Shown piece by piece: positions 8,921-18,997 of a stretch of DNA of 56,350 nt. Source of the stretch: Candidatus Rokuibacteriota bacterium (GTDB lineage: Bacteria > Methylomirabilota > Methylomirabilia > Rokubacteriales > DASRDR01); contig JBIOTN010000162.1 of the NCBI GenBank assembly GCA_044866005.1, forward strand, positions 1 through 56,350. The letters run 5' to 3'. Made by a program: the position numbers and the translations under genes. Numbering within the stretch: position 1 is the stretch's first letter; each line of letters starts with the position of its first letter. The notes under the pieces are model-generated. The model was not told the origin of the DNA. It was given only the letters and a program-made list of their open reading frames with translations, and did no database searches.

Positions 8921-10544
8921 ATGGCGCGGATGACCGGCGGCGAGGCGCTCGTCCAGCAGCTCTGCCGAGAAGGGGTTCGCGTCGTCTTCGGGCTGCCCGG
9001 TGTCCAGCTCTACGGCGCCATCGCGGCGCTCCGCGAGGCGCCGGGGATCCGCTTCATCGTCACGCGGCACGAGCAGGCCACGAGCTACATGGCGGACGGC
9101 TACGCGCGCGCGGGGGGCGACTTCGGGACCGCGCTCGTCGTGCCGGGGCCCGGCCTCCTCAATGCGGCGGCCGGGCTCGCCACGGCCTACGCCGCGTCGT
9201 CCCCCGTGCTGATGATCTCGGGCCAGGTCCCCAGGCGCAGCCTCGGCCGGCGCGTCGGCGTCCTCCACGAGGTGGACGACCAGCTCGACGCGATCGCGCC
9301 GGTCACCAAGTGGCGGCGGCGCGTCCTCGAGGTCGCCGAGGTGCCCGGGGCCGTCCACGAGGCCGTGGCCCAGCTCCGGAGCGGCCGCCCGCGCCCGGTC
9401 GAGCTCGAGCTGCCGCCCGACACGCTGGAAGAAGCGGGGGAGGCCGAGCTCGTCCCGGCCACCCACGTCGCCCGGCCGGCGGCCGACCCGGCGCGCGTGG
9501 CCGAAGCCGCCGGCAGGCTGCTCGCCGCCGCCCGCCCCGTCCTCTACGCGGGCGGCGGCGTCCACGCGGCCTCTGCCCACGAGGCGCTCGCCGCGGTGGC
9601 CCAGCGTCTCGAGGCGGGGATCGTGGTCTCGCCCGAAGGGAAGGGCGCGGTCGACGACCGGCGTGACCTTGCCCTGGGCGCCGCGCTCTGGCATGCGGGG
9701 CCGCTCCGACCCCACGTGGACGCCGCCGACCTCGTCCTCGCCGTCGGCGATCGCCGGGCTCGGGGCCGAGCAGCCCGTGATCCAGCTCGACATCGATCCC
9801 GAGGAGGCGGGGCGGAATCACGAGCGGACGTTCGCGCTGGTGGGGGACGCCCGGGTCACCCTCGAGGCCCTCCTGTCGCGGCTCCGTGCCGCGGGGCCGC
9901 CCCGCCCTACACGCCGAGCGGAGCGGGAGGCGGTGCGGGCCGCCGTCGCCGCCGCGGCCGCGAGCCAGGCGCCCCAGGGGCCCATCCTGGAAAGCCTGCG
10001 GGGCGGGACGCCGGAGGACACCATCGTCGTCTCGGACATGAACCAGATCGGCTACTACGCCAATCGGTTCTGGCCCGTGTACCACCCGCGGACCTACCTC
10101 ACCTCCTCGTACTCCGGGAACCTCGGCTACGCCTTCCCGACGGCGCTCGGCGCGAAGGTGGCGCGGCCGGACCGGCCGGTGCTCGCGCTCTGCGGGGACG
10201 GCGGCTTCCTGTTCAACGCGCAGGAGCTGGCCACGGCCGTCCAGTACGCGATCGACGTGGTGGTCGTGGTGTTCAACGACCACGCCTACGGCAACGTGGC
10301 GCGGGACCTGGACGAGGGCTGGGGCGGGAGCTTCGGGGCCGAGCTCGTGAACCCGGACTTCGTGAAGCTGGCCGAAGCGTACGGGGCCGTGGGCTTACGC
10401 GCCAAGGAGCCGACGGACGTCGGCGACCTGGTGCGCGAGGCGATCGCGCTCGGGCGGCCGGTCCTCGTCGAGGTGCCGGTCGGCCGGATGCCGCGCCCGG
10501 CGTTCTTCCCGCCGCGCCGCACGCCGCGCCGTCAGGGGCGCTGA
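8921..10544 (+). pseudogene. thiamine-diphosphate enzyme (acetolactate synthase large-subunit-like), frameshifted near 9748
   Basis: N-half MTGGEAL..FGLPG..RHEQ in one frame; C-half GNLGYAFP..GDGGF..FND in another; switch at DLVLAVG/AIAGL. Confidence 0.8.
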
Positions 10545-10580
10545 CGCGCGGGAGCGCTGTCCGGACGGAAGGAGCGGAGC

Positions 10581-11582
10581 ATGGGGCTGATCGACGTCCA
10601 CAATCACATCCTCTCCAAGGCGTGGGTCGAGCTGCTCGCCGCGTACGGCGGCCACCGCTACCAGACGGGGAAGGATCCGGAGGGACGGACCATCGTCCTG
10701 CGCAAGGGCGCGCGGTTCCTCGGGCTCACCGAGGCCATGTTCGACCCCGAGCTGCGGCTCCGCGCGATGGACGAAGTCGGCGTGAGGATGGAGCTGCTCT
10801 CCTACACCTGTCCCAACTGCTACTGGGCCGACGGCAGGGCGGCGGAGACGGTCGCGCGGGCGATGAACGATCATCTCGCCGACGTCTGCGCGCGCTGGCC
10901 GGATCGGTTCCGGGGGCTGGGGAGCCTTCCGCTCCAGGACGTGGACCTCGCGCTGAAGGAGCTCGAGCGGGCGGTCGATCAGCTCGGCATGGTCGGCTTC
11001 ATCATCCTGGCCAACGTGAACGAGACCCCGCTCGACCATCCCCGATTCGAGCCGGTGTGGGCGGCGCTCAACGCGCGGCGGCTCCCCGTGCTCCTGCACC
11101 CCACGGTCCCGCCGGGGGTCGAGGCCATGGGGATGGGTCAGTACGGGCTGGTCCCGTCCATCGGCTTCATGATCGACACGACCCTCGCGGTCACGCGGCT
11201 CACCCTCGCGGGGGTCTTCGAGCGCTACCCGGACTGGCCGGTCATCGTCGGCCACGCGGGCGCCACGCTGCCGTTCATCGCGGGACGGCTCGACCAGTGC
11301 CACCAGTTCATTCCGGAGACCCGCACGCGGATCAGCCGGCCGCCGTCTGACTATCTCAGGCGGCTCTACTACGACACGGTCTGCTACGACGAGCACGCGC
11401 TCTTCCTGGCGTACCGCCTCGCCGGCCCGGACCATCTCCTCTACGGGAGCGATTACCCCCACACGATCGGCGACATGCGGGGATGCGCGGCGCGGATCGA
11501 GGCGCTGCCGATCGGTGACGGCGAGAAGGCGCTGATCCGCTCGGGCAACGCCGAGCGGCTGTTCCGGCTGCCCGCCGCCTGA
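10581..11582 (+). CDS. amidohydrolase_2 family protein (ACMSD-like decarboxylase/hydrolase)
   Basis: IDVHNH, LHP, GHAGATLP, YGSDYPH; GGAG RBS. Confidence 0.9.
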   Translation: MGLIDVHNHILSKAWVELLAAYGGHRYQTGKDPEGRTIVLRKGARFLGLTEAMFDPELRLRAMDEVGVRMELLSYTCPNCYWADGRAAETVARAMNDHLADVCARWPDRFRGLGSLPLQDVDLALKELERAVDQLGMVGFIILANVNETPLDHPRFEPVWAALNARRLPVLLHPTVPPGVEAMGMGQYGLVPSIGFMIDTTLAVTRLTLAGVFERYPDWPVIVGHAGATLPFIAGRLDQCHQFIPETRTRISRPPSDYLRRLYYDTVCYDEHALFLAYRLAGPDHLLYGSDYPHTIGDMRGCAARIEALPIGDGEKALIRSGNAERLFRLPAA

Positions 11583-11625
11583 CCCCGCCGCCTCGGGGGC
11601 CGGCTCGCCACGGGCCGGGCCGCGG

Positions 11626-11907
11626 TCAGCCGCGAATCGGCCGGCCGCCGCGCAGCTCGGTGCCGCGGCGCGGAAACTCCCGCCCGCCGTTGTAGGCCTT
11701 CTTGAGGCGGTCGAGCTCCCGGCGCAAGGCCTTCTCCGCGAGCGCCGCCAGCGTCAGCCGGGCCGGCGGGCCTGCCAGGTAGACGACCGCGTTCCGGGCT
11801 TCCTCGAACAGGATCCCGGGCAGGTGAAAGGTCGCGCGGATCTTGGGCGCCGGCCTGCGTGCCGCCGTCGCCGGACGTCGGGTCGGGGTCTTCGTCTTCC
11901 GCCGCAT
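11626..11907 (-). CDS. small basic DNA-binding protein resembling the centromere-binding ParB C-terminal (RHH) family
   Basis: RATFHLP beta strand, two helices, C-terminal YNGGREFP..LRGGRP. Confidence 0.7.
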   Translation of the reverse strand: MRRKTKTPTRRPATAARRPAPKIRATFHLPGILFEEARNAVVYLAGPPARLTLAALAEKALRRELDRLKKAYNGGREFPRRGTELRGGRPIRG

Positions 11908-11956
11908 GCTCGCGCCTTCCCAACGTTCCCGTTTATGACATTTACTCCGAATTGGC

Positions 11957-11985
11957 TTGCAGCCGGGTCCCTTCTGACGTAGAAT
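11957..11985 (+). promoter_or_regulatory. sigma70-type promoter TTGCAG-N17-TAGAAT
   Basis: consensus-like hexamers, 17-nt spacer, AT-richer intergenic patch. Confidence 0.6.
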
Positions 11986-12055
11986 CCAGTTCCCGCGCGC
12001 CGGCGCAGCCGCGCCGCGCGGCCAGCCGGGTCGCAGCCGCTGATGGAGGGCACCA

Positions 12056-12250
12056 GTGGTCGTGATCAGTGGCAGCATCGAGTCCATCGACCACGCCCGC
12101 CGCGTCATTTCCATGGGTCGGACCGAGCTGTGGGTGCCTCAGCACATCTCCCTCGCGAGCCTCGCCGTCGGGATGAGCGTGACGGTCACCTGCGAAGTGC
12201 GGGCGGGCGGGCAGCACTGGGTGGTCGACCTGAAGGAGAACCGGTTCTGA
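12056..12250 (+). CDS. small hypothetical beta-rich (OB-fold-like) protein
   Basis: GGAGGG RBS; pattern G-x-I-x-x-I-D...L-x-x-G-x-x-V-x-V. Confidence 0.65.
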   Translation: MVVISGSIESIDHARRVISMGRTELWVPQHISLASLAVGMSVTVTCEVRAGGQHWVVDLKENRF

Positions 12251-12373
12251 GGCCGGAGGCGGGTCGCCGACCTTCGCCGGTCCGCCCATGCGCCGCCGTG
12301 TCGGGGCGCGCCCGGGCTGGCACGTCGTCTGCACCGGCTGGCCACCAGACGAACCGCACCGCCACGAGGTGAT

Positions 12374-12559
12374 ATGCGTCGAAGGAAGCCGGGGGCGACA
12401 TCAACAAGTCAACATATCCTGAAACCGTACCGGCGCGCTACCTACTACTTGCGACCCGACCAGATCAAGGCGCTGAAGTTACGCGCCGTCACCGAGGAGC
12501 GGAACCTCTCGGCCGTCTTGCGCGAAGCCATCGACCGGTACCTGGGGAGAGGCTCCTGA
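12374..12559 (+). CDS. ribbon-helix-helix (CopG/ParG-like) DNA-binding protein
   Basis: GAGGTG RBS; RATYYLRPDQIKALK..ERNLSAVLREAIDRYL. Confidence 0.75.
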   Translation: MRRRKPGATSTSQHILKPYRRATYYLRPDQIKALKLRAVTEERNLSAVLREAIDRYLGRGS

Positions 12560-12685
12560 GGCGACCCGCCGGGACCTCTGCCGTCGTCAGATCGCGGACA
12601 GCCGCTGACGCCGTAGCGTAGCAGTTCCGGGAGCCCGGCCGCCACGGCCGGGCCTCGCCCGTCCAGCCCGGTACAATAGGGCGCC

Positions 12686-15112
12686 ATGGCCGAGCAGGCG
12701 CGGGCGGTGATCGTGGGCGGGGGCGTCGCCGGCTGCAGCATCGCCTACCACCTCACGGCGCGGGGCTGGCGGGAGGTCGTCCTGCTGGAGCGCGCGGAGC
12801 TGACCAGCGGATCGACCTTCCACTCGGCGGGCCTCGTCGGCCAGCTCCGCTCGTCGGTCGCCCTCACTCGACTCATGATGTGGAGCGTCGAGTGCTATCG
12901 GGGCCTCGCCGCGGCGACGGGTCGGGACCCCGGCTGGCGGGAAGTGGGCAGCCTCCGGCTGGCCTGCTCGGCCGAGCGGGTCCTCGAGCTCAAGCGCCAG
13001 GCCGGCTGGGCCAAGACCTTCGGCCTCCCGCTCGAGGAGGTCAGCGCGAAGGAGGCGGGCCGGCTGTTTCCCGTGATGTCGCTCGAGGGCGTGCGCGGCG
13101 CCGCCTACCTTCCGACCGACGGGCACCTGGACCCGGGGGGCCTCGCCGCCGCCCTGGCCGACGGCGCCCGGCGCCGGGGCGCGTCCATCCGGACGGGCAC
13201 GCGGGTCACCGGCGTCACGGTCGAGGGCGGCCGGGTTCGCGAGGTCCGGACGGACCGAGGAGCCATCCGGACCGACGTCGTCGTCAACGCAGCCGGGATG
13301 TTCGCGCCGGAGATCGGCCGGATGGTCGGCATCACGGTCCCGCTCGTCCCGATGGCTCACCAGTACCTCACGACCAAGCCGATCGACGGGGTCCACCCCC
13401 GGATGCCGACGCTGCGCGACCCGGACCGCCTCGTCTACTTCCGCGAGGAGGTCGGCGGCCTGGTGGTGGGCGGCTACGAGCGCCAGCCGGCGGCCTGGGG
13501 CGTGGACGGGATCCCCGCGGACTTCAACCACCGCCTGCTCGCTCCCGACTGGGAGCGCTTCGAGCCCTTGATGGAGCAGGCCGTGCGGCGTGTCCCGGCG
13601 GTCGCCGCCGCGCAGGTCGTCCGGCTCATCAACGGGCCGGAGGCCTTCACGCCGGATGGCGAGTTCATCCTGGGCGCGTCGCCCGAGGTGCGCGGCTTCT
13701 TCCTGGCGGCCGGCTTCTGTGCCCACGGCATCGCGGGGGCGGGCGGGGTGGGCCGGATCATGGCCGACTGGATCGTCGAGGGCGACCCGGGGCTGGACGT
13801 CTGGCAGATGGACCTGCGGCGGTTCGGGTCGCAGTACCGGTCGCGCCGGCTGGCGCTCGACCGGACGCACGAGGTCTACCGGACGTACTACGACATCCGC
13901 TACCCGAACCAGGAGCGCGAGGCGGGCCGCAACCTGCGCTGGTCCTCGGTCCACCCGCGGCTCCGCGACCTCGGCGCCGTCTTCGGCGAGAAGGCGGGCT
14001 GGGAGCGCCCGAACTGGTTCGAACCGAACGCCAAGGACGGCGACGCGACGCGGCGCCCCCGGGGCTGGGCCGGCCGGTACTGGTCGCCCGCCATCGAGGC
14101 CGAGCACGTCGGCACCCGGGAGCGCGCCGGGCTCTTCGACGAGACGTCCTTCAGCAAGCTCGAGGTGCTGGGGCCGGGCGCGCTCGGCCTCCTCCAGCAT
14201 CTCACCGCCAACGACGTGGACCGGCCGGTCGGGACGGTGGTCTACACGTCGATGCTGAACCGTCGCGGCGGCATCGAGTGCGACTTCACCGTGACCCGGC
14301 TCGCCCTCGACCGCTTCCGGATCATCACCGGCGCGGCCTTCGGCACGCACGACCGCGGCTGGATCGCGGCGCACCTGCCGCCGGACGGCACGGTCTCCCT
14401 CTCCGACGTGACCGGCGCCTACGTCTGCCTCGGGCTCTTCGGGCCGCGGGCGCGGGACATCCTGGCCGCGGTCACGCCCGCCGACCTCTCGAATGCGGCC
14501 TTCCCCTACCTCACGGCCCAGGAGCTGGCGGTCGGGCGCGTCCCGGTGCTCGCCGCCCGGGTGACCTACGTGGGCGAGCTGGGCTGGGAGCTCTACGCCC
14601 CCGCCGAGTACGGGCTCGAGCTCTGGGACACGCTCTGGGAGGCGGGGCGCTCGCACGCGCTCGTGGCCGCCGGTTACCGCGCGATCGACTCGCTCCGGCT
14701 GGAGAAAGGGTATCGCTACTGGAGCGCCGACATCACCCCGGACGAGACGCCGTACGAAGCGGGGCTGGGCTTCGCGGTCCGCCCGGAGAAGGGCGAGTTC
14801 ATCGGCCGCGAGGCGCTCCTGCGCCAGAAGGGCGCGGGCGTCCGGCGGAGGCTCGCCTGCCTGACCCTCGCCGATCCCCTCGCGGTGGCGCTCGGAGGCG
14901 AGCCGGTCCGTGCCGGAGGCGGGGTCCTGGGCCGGGTGACGAGCGGGGGCTTCGGCTACACGGTCGGGCTCAGCATCGCCTACGCGTACCTGCCGGTCGA
15001 GCTCGCGGCGCCCGGCAGCGCGGTGGCCGTCGAGGTCTTCGGCGACTGGATCGATGGCGTCGTCGCGGCCGAGCCCCTCTGGGACCCCCGGAGCGCGCGC
15101 GTCCGGAGCTAG
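12686..15112 (+). CDS. GcvT-family FAD amine dehydrogenase (dimethylglycine/sarcosine dehydrogenase-like)
   Basis: IVGGGVAG, GSTFHSAG, GWERPNWF, TYVGELGWEL, SLRLEKGY; 808 aa. Confidence 0.93.
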   Translation: MAEQARAVIVGGGVAGCSIAYHLTARGWREVVLLERAELTSGSTFHSAGLVGQLRSSVALTRLMMWSVECYRGLAAATGRDPGWREVGSLRLACSAERVLELKRQAGWAKTFGLPLEEVSAKEAGRLFPVMSLEGVRGAAYLPTDGHLDPGGLAAALADGARRRGASIRTGTRVTGVTVEGGRVREVRTDRGAIRTDVVVNAAGMFAPEIGRMVGITVPLVPMAHQYLTTKPIDGVHPRMPTLRDPDRLVYFREEVGGLVVGGYERQPAAWGVDGIPADFNHRLLAPDWERFEPLMEQAVRRVPAVAAAQVVRLINGPEAFTPDGEFILGASPEVRGFFLAAGFCAHGIAGAGGVGRIMADWIVEGDPGLDVWQMDLRRFGSQYRSRRLALDRTHEVYRTYYDIRYPNQEREAGRNLRWSSVHPRLRDLGAVFGEKAGWERPNWFEPNAKDGDATRRPRGWAGRYWSPAIEAEHVGTRERAGLFDETSFSKLEVLGPGALGLLQHLTANDVDRPVGTVVYTSMLNRRGGIECDFTVTRLALDRFRIITGAAFGTHDRGWIAAHLPPDGTVSLSDVTGAYVCLGLFGPRARDILAAVTPADLSNAAFPYLTAQELAVGRVPVLAARVTYVGELGWELYAPAEYGLELWDTLWEAGRSHALVAAGYRAIDSLRLEKGYRYWSADITPDETPYEAGLGFAVRPEKGEFIGREALLRQKGAGVRRRLACLTLADPLAVALGGEPVRAGGGVLGRVTSGGFGYTVGLSIAYAYLPVELAAPGSAVAVEVFGDWIDGVVAAEPLWDPRSARVRS

Positions 15113-15275
15113 CGAGGCCGACCGCCCGACCCCCCGACCCGCCCGGGTGACGCCGTGCCGATACCCGTCGCATCCCGGAGTAGTAGACGTAACGAGGGCC
15201 TCGGCGCCTCGGCACGTTATGGCGGCTCCTCCGAGCGGCGGCTTCTGCCGCCGCAACCCCTCCTGGGGGGAGGTC

Positions 15276-15303
15276 TCGGAGGGGGCCGTCGAGGCCCCTC
15301 CGA
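15276..15303. repeat. REP-like palindrome TCGGAGGGGGCC-N5-GGCCCCTCCGA
   Basis: inverted repeat; related copies at 18788, 34247, 38159, 43985, 56295. Confidence 0.75.
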
Positions 15304-15368
15304 AGAACTAGGGCTGCTCGGTTCTCGGCCCGGCTGGGTCGGGATCGCCGGGGTTCCGGGCGCGACCT

Positions 15369-17894
15369 CTAGAACCAGAGGACGCGGGCGCGGAGATCCA
15401 GGTCTTCGAGAAGGTCGCGCGCCGGGCCGGTGTGGGTGACGGCGCCGCGGTCGAGGACGTAGACGCGGTCCGCCAGGGCCAGGGCGAGGTCGAGGTTGTG
15501 CTCGACCAGCAGGATCGCGGTCGTGCCCCGCAGCGCTGCGACCGCGGCATAGACTTCCTCGACGACGGCCGGGGCGAGCCCCTCGAACGGCTCGTCCAGG
15601 ACCAGGAGCTCGACGCCGCCCACCAGGGCGCGCGCGAGGGCGAGGAGCTGGAGCTCGCCGCCCGACAGCGTCTCCCCGCGGGCGCGCCACCGCCCCCGGA
15701 GCCGTGGGAACCGCTCGAGGGTCCGATCGTGCGGACCGGTCTCCGTCCCGTCGCGCCGGCCGAGCCGCGCGAGCATGATGTTCTCCGCGACCGTCAGGTT
15801 GGGGAAGACGCGGCGACCCTGGGGCGCGAGCCCGATCCCCAGCCGCGCGATCCGCTCTGGCGGCTCGCCGGCGATCTCGCGGCCCAGGAAGCGGATGCGG
15901 CCGCGGCGCGGCGGGCGGATGCCCATGATCGTGTTGAGCGTCGCTGTTTTCCCCGCCCCGTTCCGCCCGAGGAGGGCCACCACCTCGCCCCGCCGCACCT
16001 CGAGCGTAACCCCGTGGAGGATGTGGCTCGTCCCGTAGAAGGTCTCGACGCCGTCGAGGACCAGCAGGGCATCGCGGCGCGTCGCCGGGACGGGGCCGGC
16101 CGCGGCGGCCGGCCGGCCGGGCCGCCCCGCGCGCCCGCCGAGATACGCGGCCCGCACCCCCGGATCGGCCTGGATCGTCGCCGGGGGGCCGTCCGCGATG
16201 ACGCGGCCCCCGTGGAGGACGGTGATCCGGTCGCTGAGCGCCAGCACCCGGTCGATGTCGTGCTCGATGAGGACCACCGTGACCGCGCGCGCGAGGGCCT
16301 TGACGAACCCCGCCACCCGCTCCCGCTCGGCCGGGGAGAGCCCCGCCAGGGGCTCGTCCAGGAGCAGCACCGCCGGCTCGGTGGCCAGGGCGATGCCGAT
16401 CTCGAGGAGTCGCTGACCGCCGTGCGAGAGGCTCGAGGCCGGGGCGTCCTCGAGGCCTTCCAGGCCGATCTGGCGGACGACCTGGCGGGTCGCCTCGTTG
16501 ATCGCCTCGAACGATGTGGCCGGACGCCAGAGGTTCCAGCGGGCCCGGCTGCGCGCCTGGACGGCGAGTCGGATGTTCTCGAAGACCGAGCGCTCCCGGA
16601 AGATCGTCAGGATCTGGAACGAGCGCGACAGCCCCCGGGCCACGATCCGATGGGCGGCGAGGCCCGTGACGGCCTGGCCACGCAGGAGGACGGTGCCGGC
16701 GTCGGGCGGGAACAGACCGGAGAGGACGTTGAAGAGCGTCGTCTTCCCGGCGCCGTTCGGGCCGATGAGGGCGCGGAGCTCGCCCGCGCGGAGCTGGAGG
16801 TCCACGTGGTCGAGGGCCAGCAGGCCGCCGAAGCGCTTGACCAGGCCGCTGGCCTGGAGCAGGACGTCCCCGGTGGCCCGGGCCGCCGGCCCGGAGCCGT
16901 CCGGCGCCGGGCGAGGCGTCGCGCGCGCCGCCATCGCCGCGACCGCCGCGGCCTCGGGGCGGAACGGCAGGGCCAGCCGGCGCGCCACGCCAAGGATGCC
17001 GTCCGGGGAGAAGAGGATGAAGGCCATGAAGAGCAGGCCGAAGTAGAGGAGCCAGTTCTCGGTGTAGCTCGTGAGCAGCTCACGGAAGAGGACGAAGAAG
17101 GCGGCCCCGACGGCGGGGCCGAGGAACTGTCGCATCCCCCCCACGAGGGTCATGGCGAGGATCTCGCCCGACATCGTGACGTGGACGAGGTCGGCGTACA
17201 CGAACTGCTTGAGGAGGGCGTGCAGCGTGCCTGCCAGGCCGACGATCGTCGTGGACAGGACGAAGGCGAGCCAGGTGTAGCGCTGCACGTCGTAGCCGAC
17301 GAAGCTGGCGCGCCGCTCGTTTTCCCGGATCGCCTGGAGCACGGTCCCGAACGGGCTGTGGACGAGCCGCCAGACGAGCGCGGCGCCGGCGAAGACCAGG
17401 ACGGCGGTCAGCCAGTAGAACGTCCGCTGGTCCGCGAGGTCGAGGCCGAGAAACCGCGGCCGGGCGACGCCCCCGAGACCGCTCTCGCCGCCGGTCACCG
17501 CGGTCCAGCGGTAGACGATGTAAAAGAACATCTGGGTGAAGGCGAGCGTGAGGAGCGAGAAGTAAACCCCGCGCCGGCGGAGGACGAGGACGCCGAGGGT
17601 CGCCCCGAGCAGGCCCGCCGTCGCCACGCCGGCCGCCACGGGCGCCACGACGCCCTTGACCAGGTGGATCTGGGTCAGCGCCGCGGCATAGGCCGCGAGG
17701 CCGAAATAGGCGCCGTGGCCGAACGAGGTGAGGCCCGTGTAGCCGAGGAGGAGGTTGTACCCGAGCCCGACCAGGGTGAAGAGCGCGATCTCGGTCGCCA
17801 CGGAGACCGTCGTCCCCAACCCGCCCACGGCGAAGGGGAGGGCGAGGAGACCGGCAGCGAGCGCGGCGAGCGGGTGACGCCACGGCCGGGTCAT
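15369..17894 (-). CDS. branched-chain amino acid-type ABC transporter, LivM-LivG-LivF fusion
   Basis: permease (GYTGLTSFGH, AIRENE) followed by two ATPases (GPNGAGKT/LSHGGQR; GRNGAGKT/LSGGE). Confidence 0.9.
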   Translation of the reverse strand: MTRPWRHPLAALAAGLLALPFAVGGLGTTVSVATEIALFTLVGLGYNLLLGYTGLTSFGHGAYFGLAAYAAALTQIHLVKGVVAPVAAGVATAGLLGATLGVLVLRRRGVYFSLLTLAFTQMFFYIVYRWTAVTGGESGLGGVARPRFLGLDLADQRTFYWLTAVLVFAGAALVWRLVHSPFGTVLQAIRENERRASFVGYDVQRYTWLAFVLSTTIVGLAGTLHALLKQFVYADLVHVTMSGEILAMTLVGGMRQFLGPAVGAAFFVLFRELLTSYTENWLLYFGLLFMAFILFSPDGILGVARRLALPFRPEAAAVAAMAARATPRPAPDGSGPAARATGDVLLQASGLVKRFGGLLALDHVDLQLRAGELRALIGPNGAGKTTLFNVLSGLFPPDAGTVLLRGQAVTGLAAHRIVARGLSRSFQILTIFRERSVFENIRLAVQARSRARWNLWRPATSFEAINEATRQVVRQIGLEGLEDAPASSLSHGGQRLLEIGIALATEPAVLLLDEPLAGLSPAERERVAGFVKALARAVTVVLIEHDIDRVLALSDRITVLHGGRVIADGPPATIQADPGVRAAYLGGRAGRPGRPAAAAGPVPATRRDALLVLDGVETFYGTSHILHGVTLEVRRGEVVALLGRNGAGKTATLNTIMGIRPPRRGRIRFLGREIAGEPPERIARLGIGLAPQGRRVFPNLTVAENIMLARLGRRDGTETGPHDRTLERFPRLRGRWRARGETLSGGELQLLALARALVGGVELLVLDEPFEGLAPAVVEEVYAAVAALRGTTAILLVEHNLDLALALADRVYVLDRGAVTHTGPARDLLEDLDLRARVLWF

Positions 17895-18787
17895 TCGGCC
17901 CCGAACTCGGTCCAGCGCTCGCCCAAGAGCCCGCGCGGGCGCACGAGCAGGACGAGGGCCATCAGGGCGTACATCGAGGCCTCCGCGGCCGGCGGCCAGA
18001 CGAGCACGGCCACCGCGCGGATCAGGCCGACGAGGAGCCCGGCGATGACGGGCCCCCAGAAGCTCCCCAGGCCTCCGATCACGACGACCACGAAGGCGGC
18101 CGTCCCGATCTCGTTCCCCATCGCCGGGTAGATGCCGGCGAGGGGCGCGGAGAGCACGCCGGCCAGGGCGGCGAGCGCGACCCCCACGCCGAACACCGCG
18201 GTCATGAACGGGCGGAGGCTGATGCCGAGCGCCCGGACCATCTCGGGGTCCCGGGTCCCGGCGCGGACGACGATTCCCCAGGGCGTCTTCTCCAGCGCCA
18301 GCCAGAGCGCGACGATCGCGAGCGCGGTGATCCCGATGACGACGAGGCGGTAGCGAGAGTAGACGAAATCGCCCACGGTGACGAACCCGCGCAGGGCGGC
18401 CGGGATCTGGAACGGCTGGCCCGACGCGCCCCAGGCGATCCGCACGGCCTGCTCGCCCACCATGGCGAGGCCGAAGGTGAAGAGGAGCCCGAGCAGGGGA
18501 TCGCTCCGGTAGAGCCGTCGGAGGAAGGCGGTCTCGATCGCCATGCCGATGAGCGCGACGAGGAGCGGGGAGACGACGAGGGCGCCGCCGAATCCCGCCA
18601 GGCGCTGGACTTCCACCGCCAGATACGCGCCGAGCGCGTAAAAGGCGCCGTGGGCGAGGTTGATCACGCCGCCGAGCCCGAAGATGAGCGACAGCCCGAG
18701 CGCCAGCGTCGTGTAATACGCGCCGACGACCAGACCGTTGGCGAGGTGCTCGAGGAGGATCGCGGGCGAGACGGGAGGCACGGTCAC
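17891..18787 (-). CDS. branched-chain amino acid ABC permease (LivH-like); start approximate
   Basis: ALGLSLIFGLGGVINLAHG, VVVIGGLGS. Confidence 0.88.
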   Translation of the reverse strand: MTVPPVSPAILLEHLANGLVVGAYYTTLALGLSLIFGLGGVINLAHGAFYALGAYLAVEVQRLAGFGGALVVSPLLVALIGMAIETAFLRRLYRSDPLLGLLFTFGLAMVGEQAVRIAWGASGQPFQIPAALRGFVTVGDFVYSRYRLVVIGITALAIVALWLALEKTPWGIVVRAGTRDPEMVRALGISLRPFMTAVFGVGVALAALAGVLSAPLAGIYPAMGNEIGTAAFVVVVIGGLGSFWGPVIAGLLVGLIRAVAVLVWPPAAEASMYALMALVLLVRPRGLLGERWTEFGAE

Positions 18788-18814
18788 TCGGAGGGAGGCT
18801 GCGCCCCCCTTTCC
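18788..18814. repeat. REP-like palindrome copy
   Basis: TCGGAGGGAGGC-TGC-GCCCCCCTTTCC. Confidence 0.6.
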
Positions 18815-18997
18815 ATCTCCCCGTCGCCCCTCGTCGCGCCTTCGGCGCGCGAGTGGCGACACCCCACCGGGGGGCCGGCGGCCCTCGCGGCCTGGGCCGG
18901 CGGCGTTCTGATCAATCAGCGGCCGGGAGTATGTCCCGGCCGTGGCGGCGAACGCATCGGACCGGCCGCCCCCCTCGAGGATGTCCGACCGGGCGTG

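Noticed and set aside
15276..15303. palindromes as CRISPR repeats
   Set aside because: Copies are dispersed, not regularly spaced, and no cas genes are present
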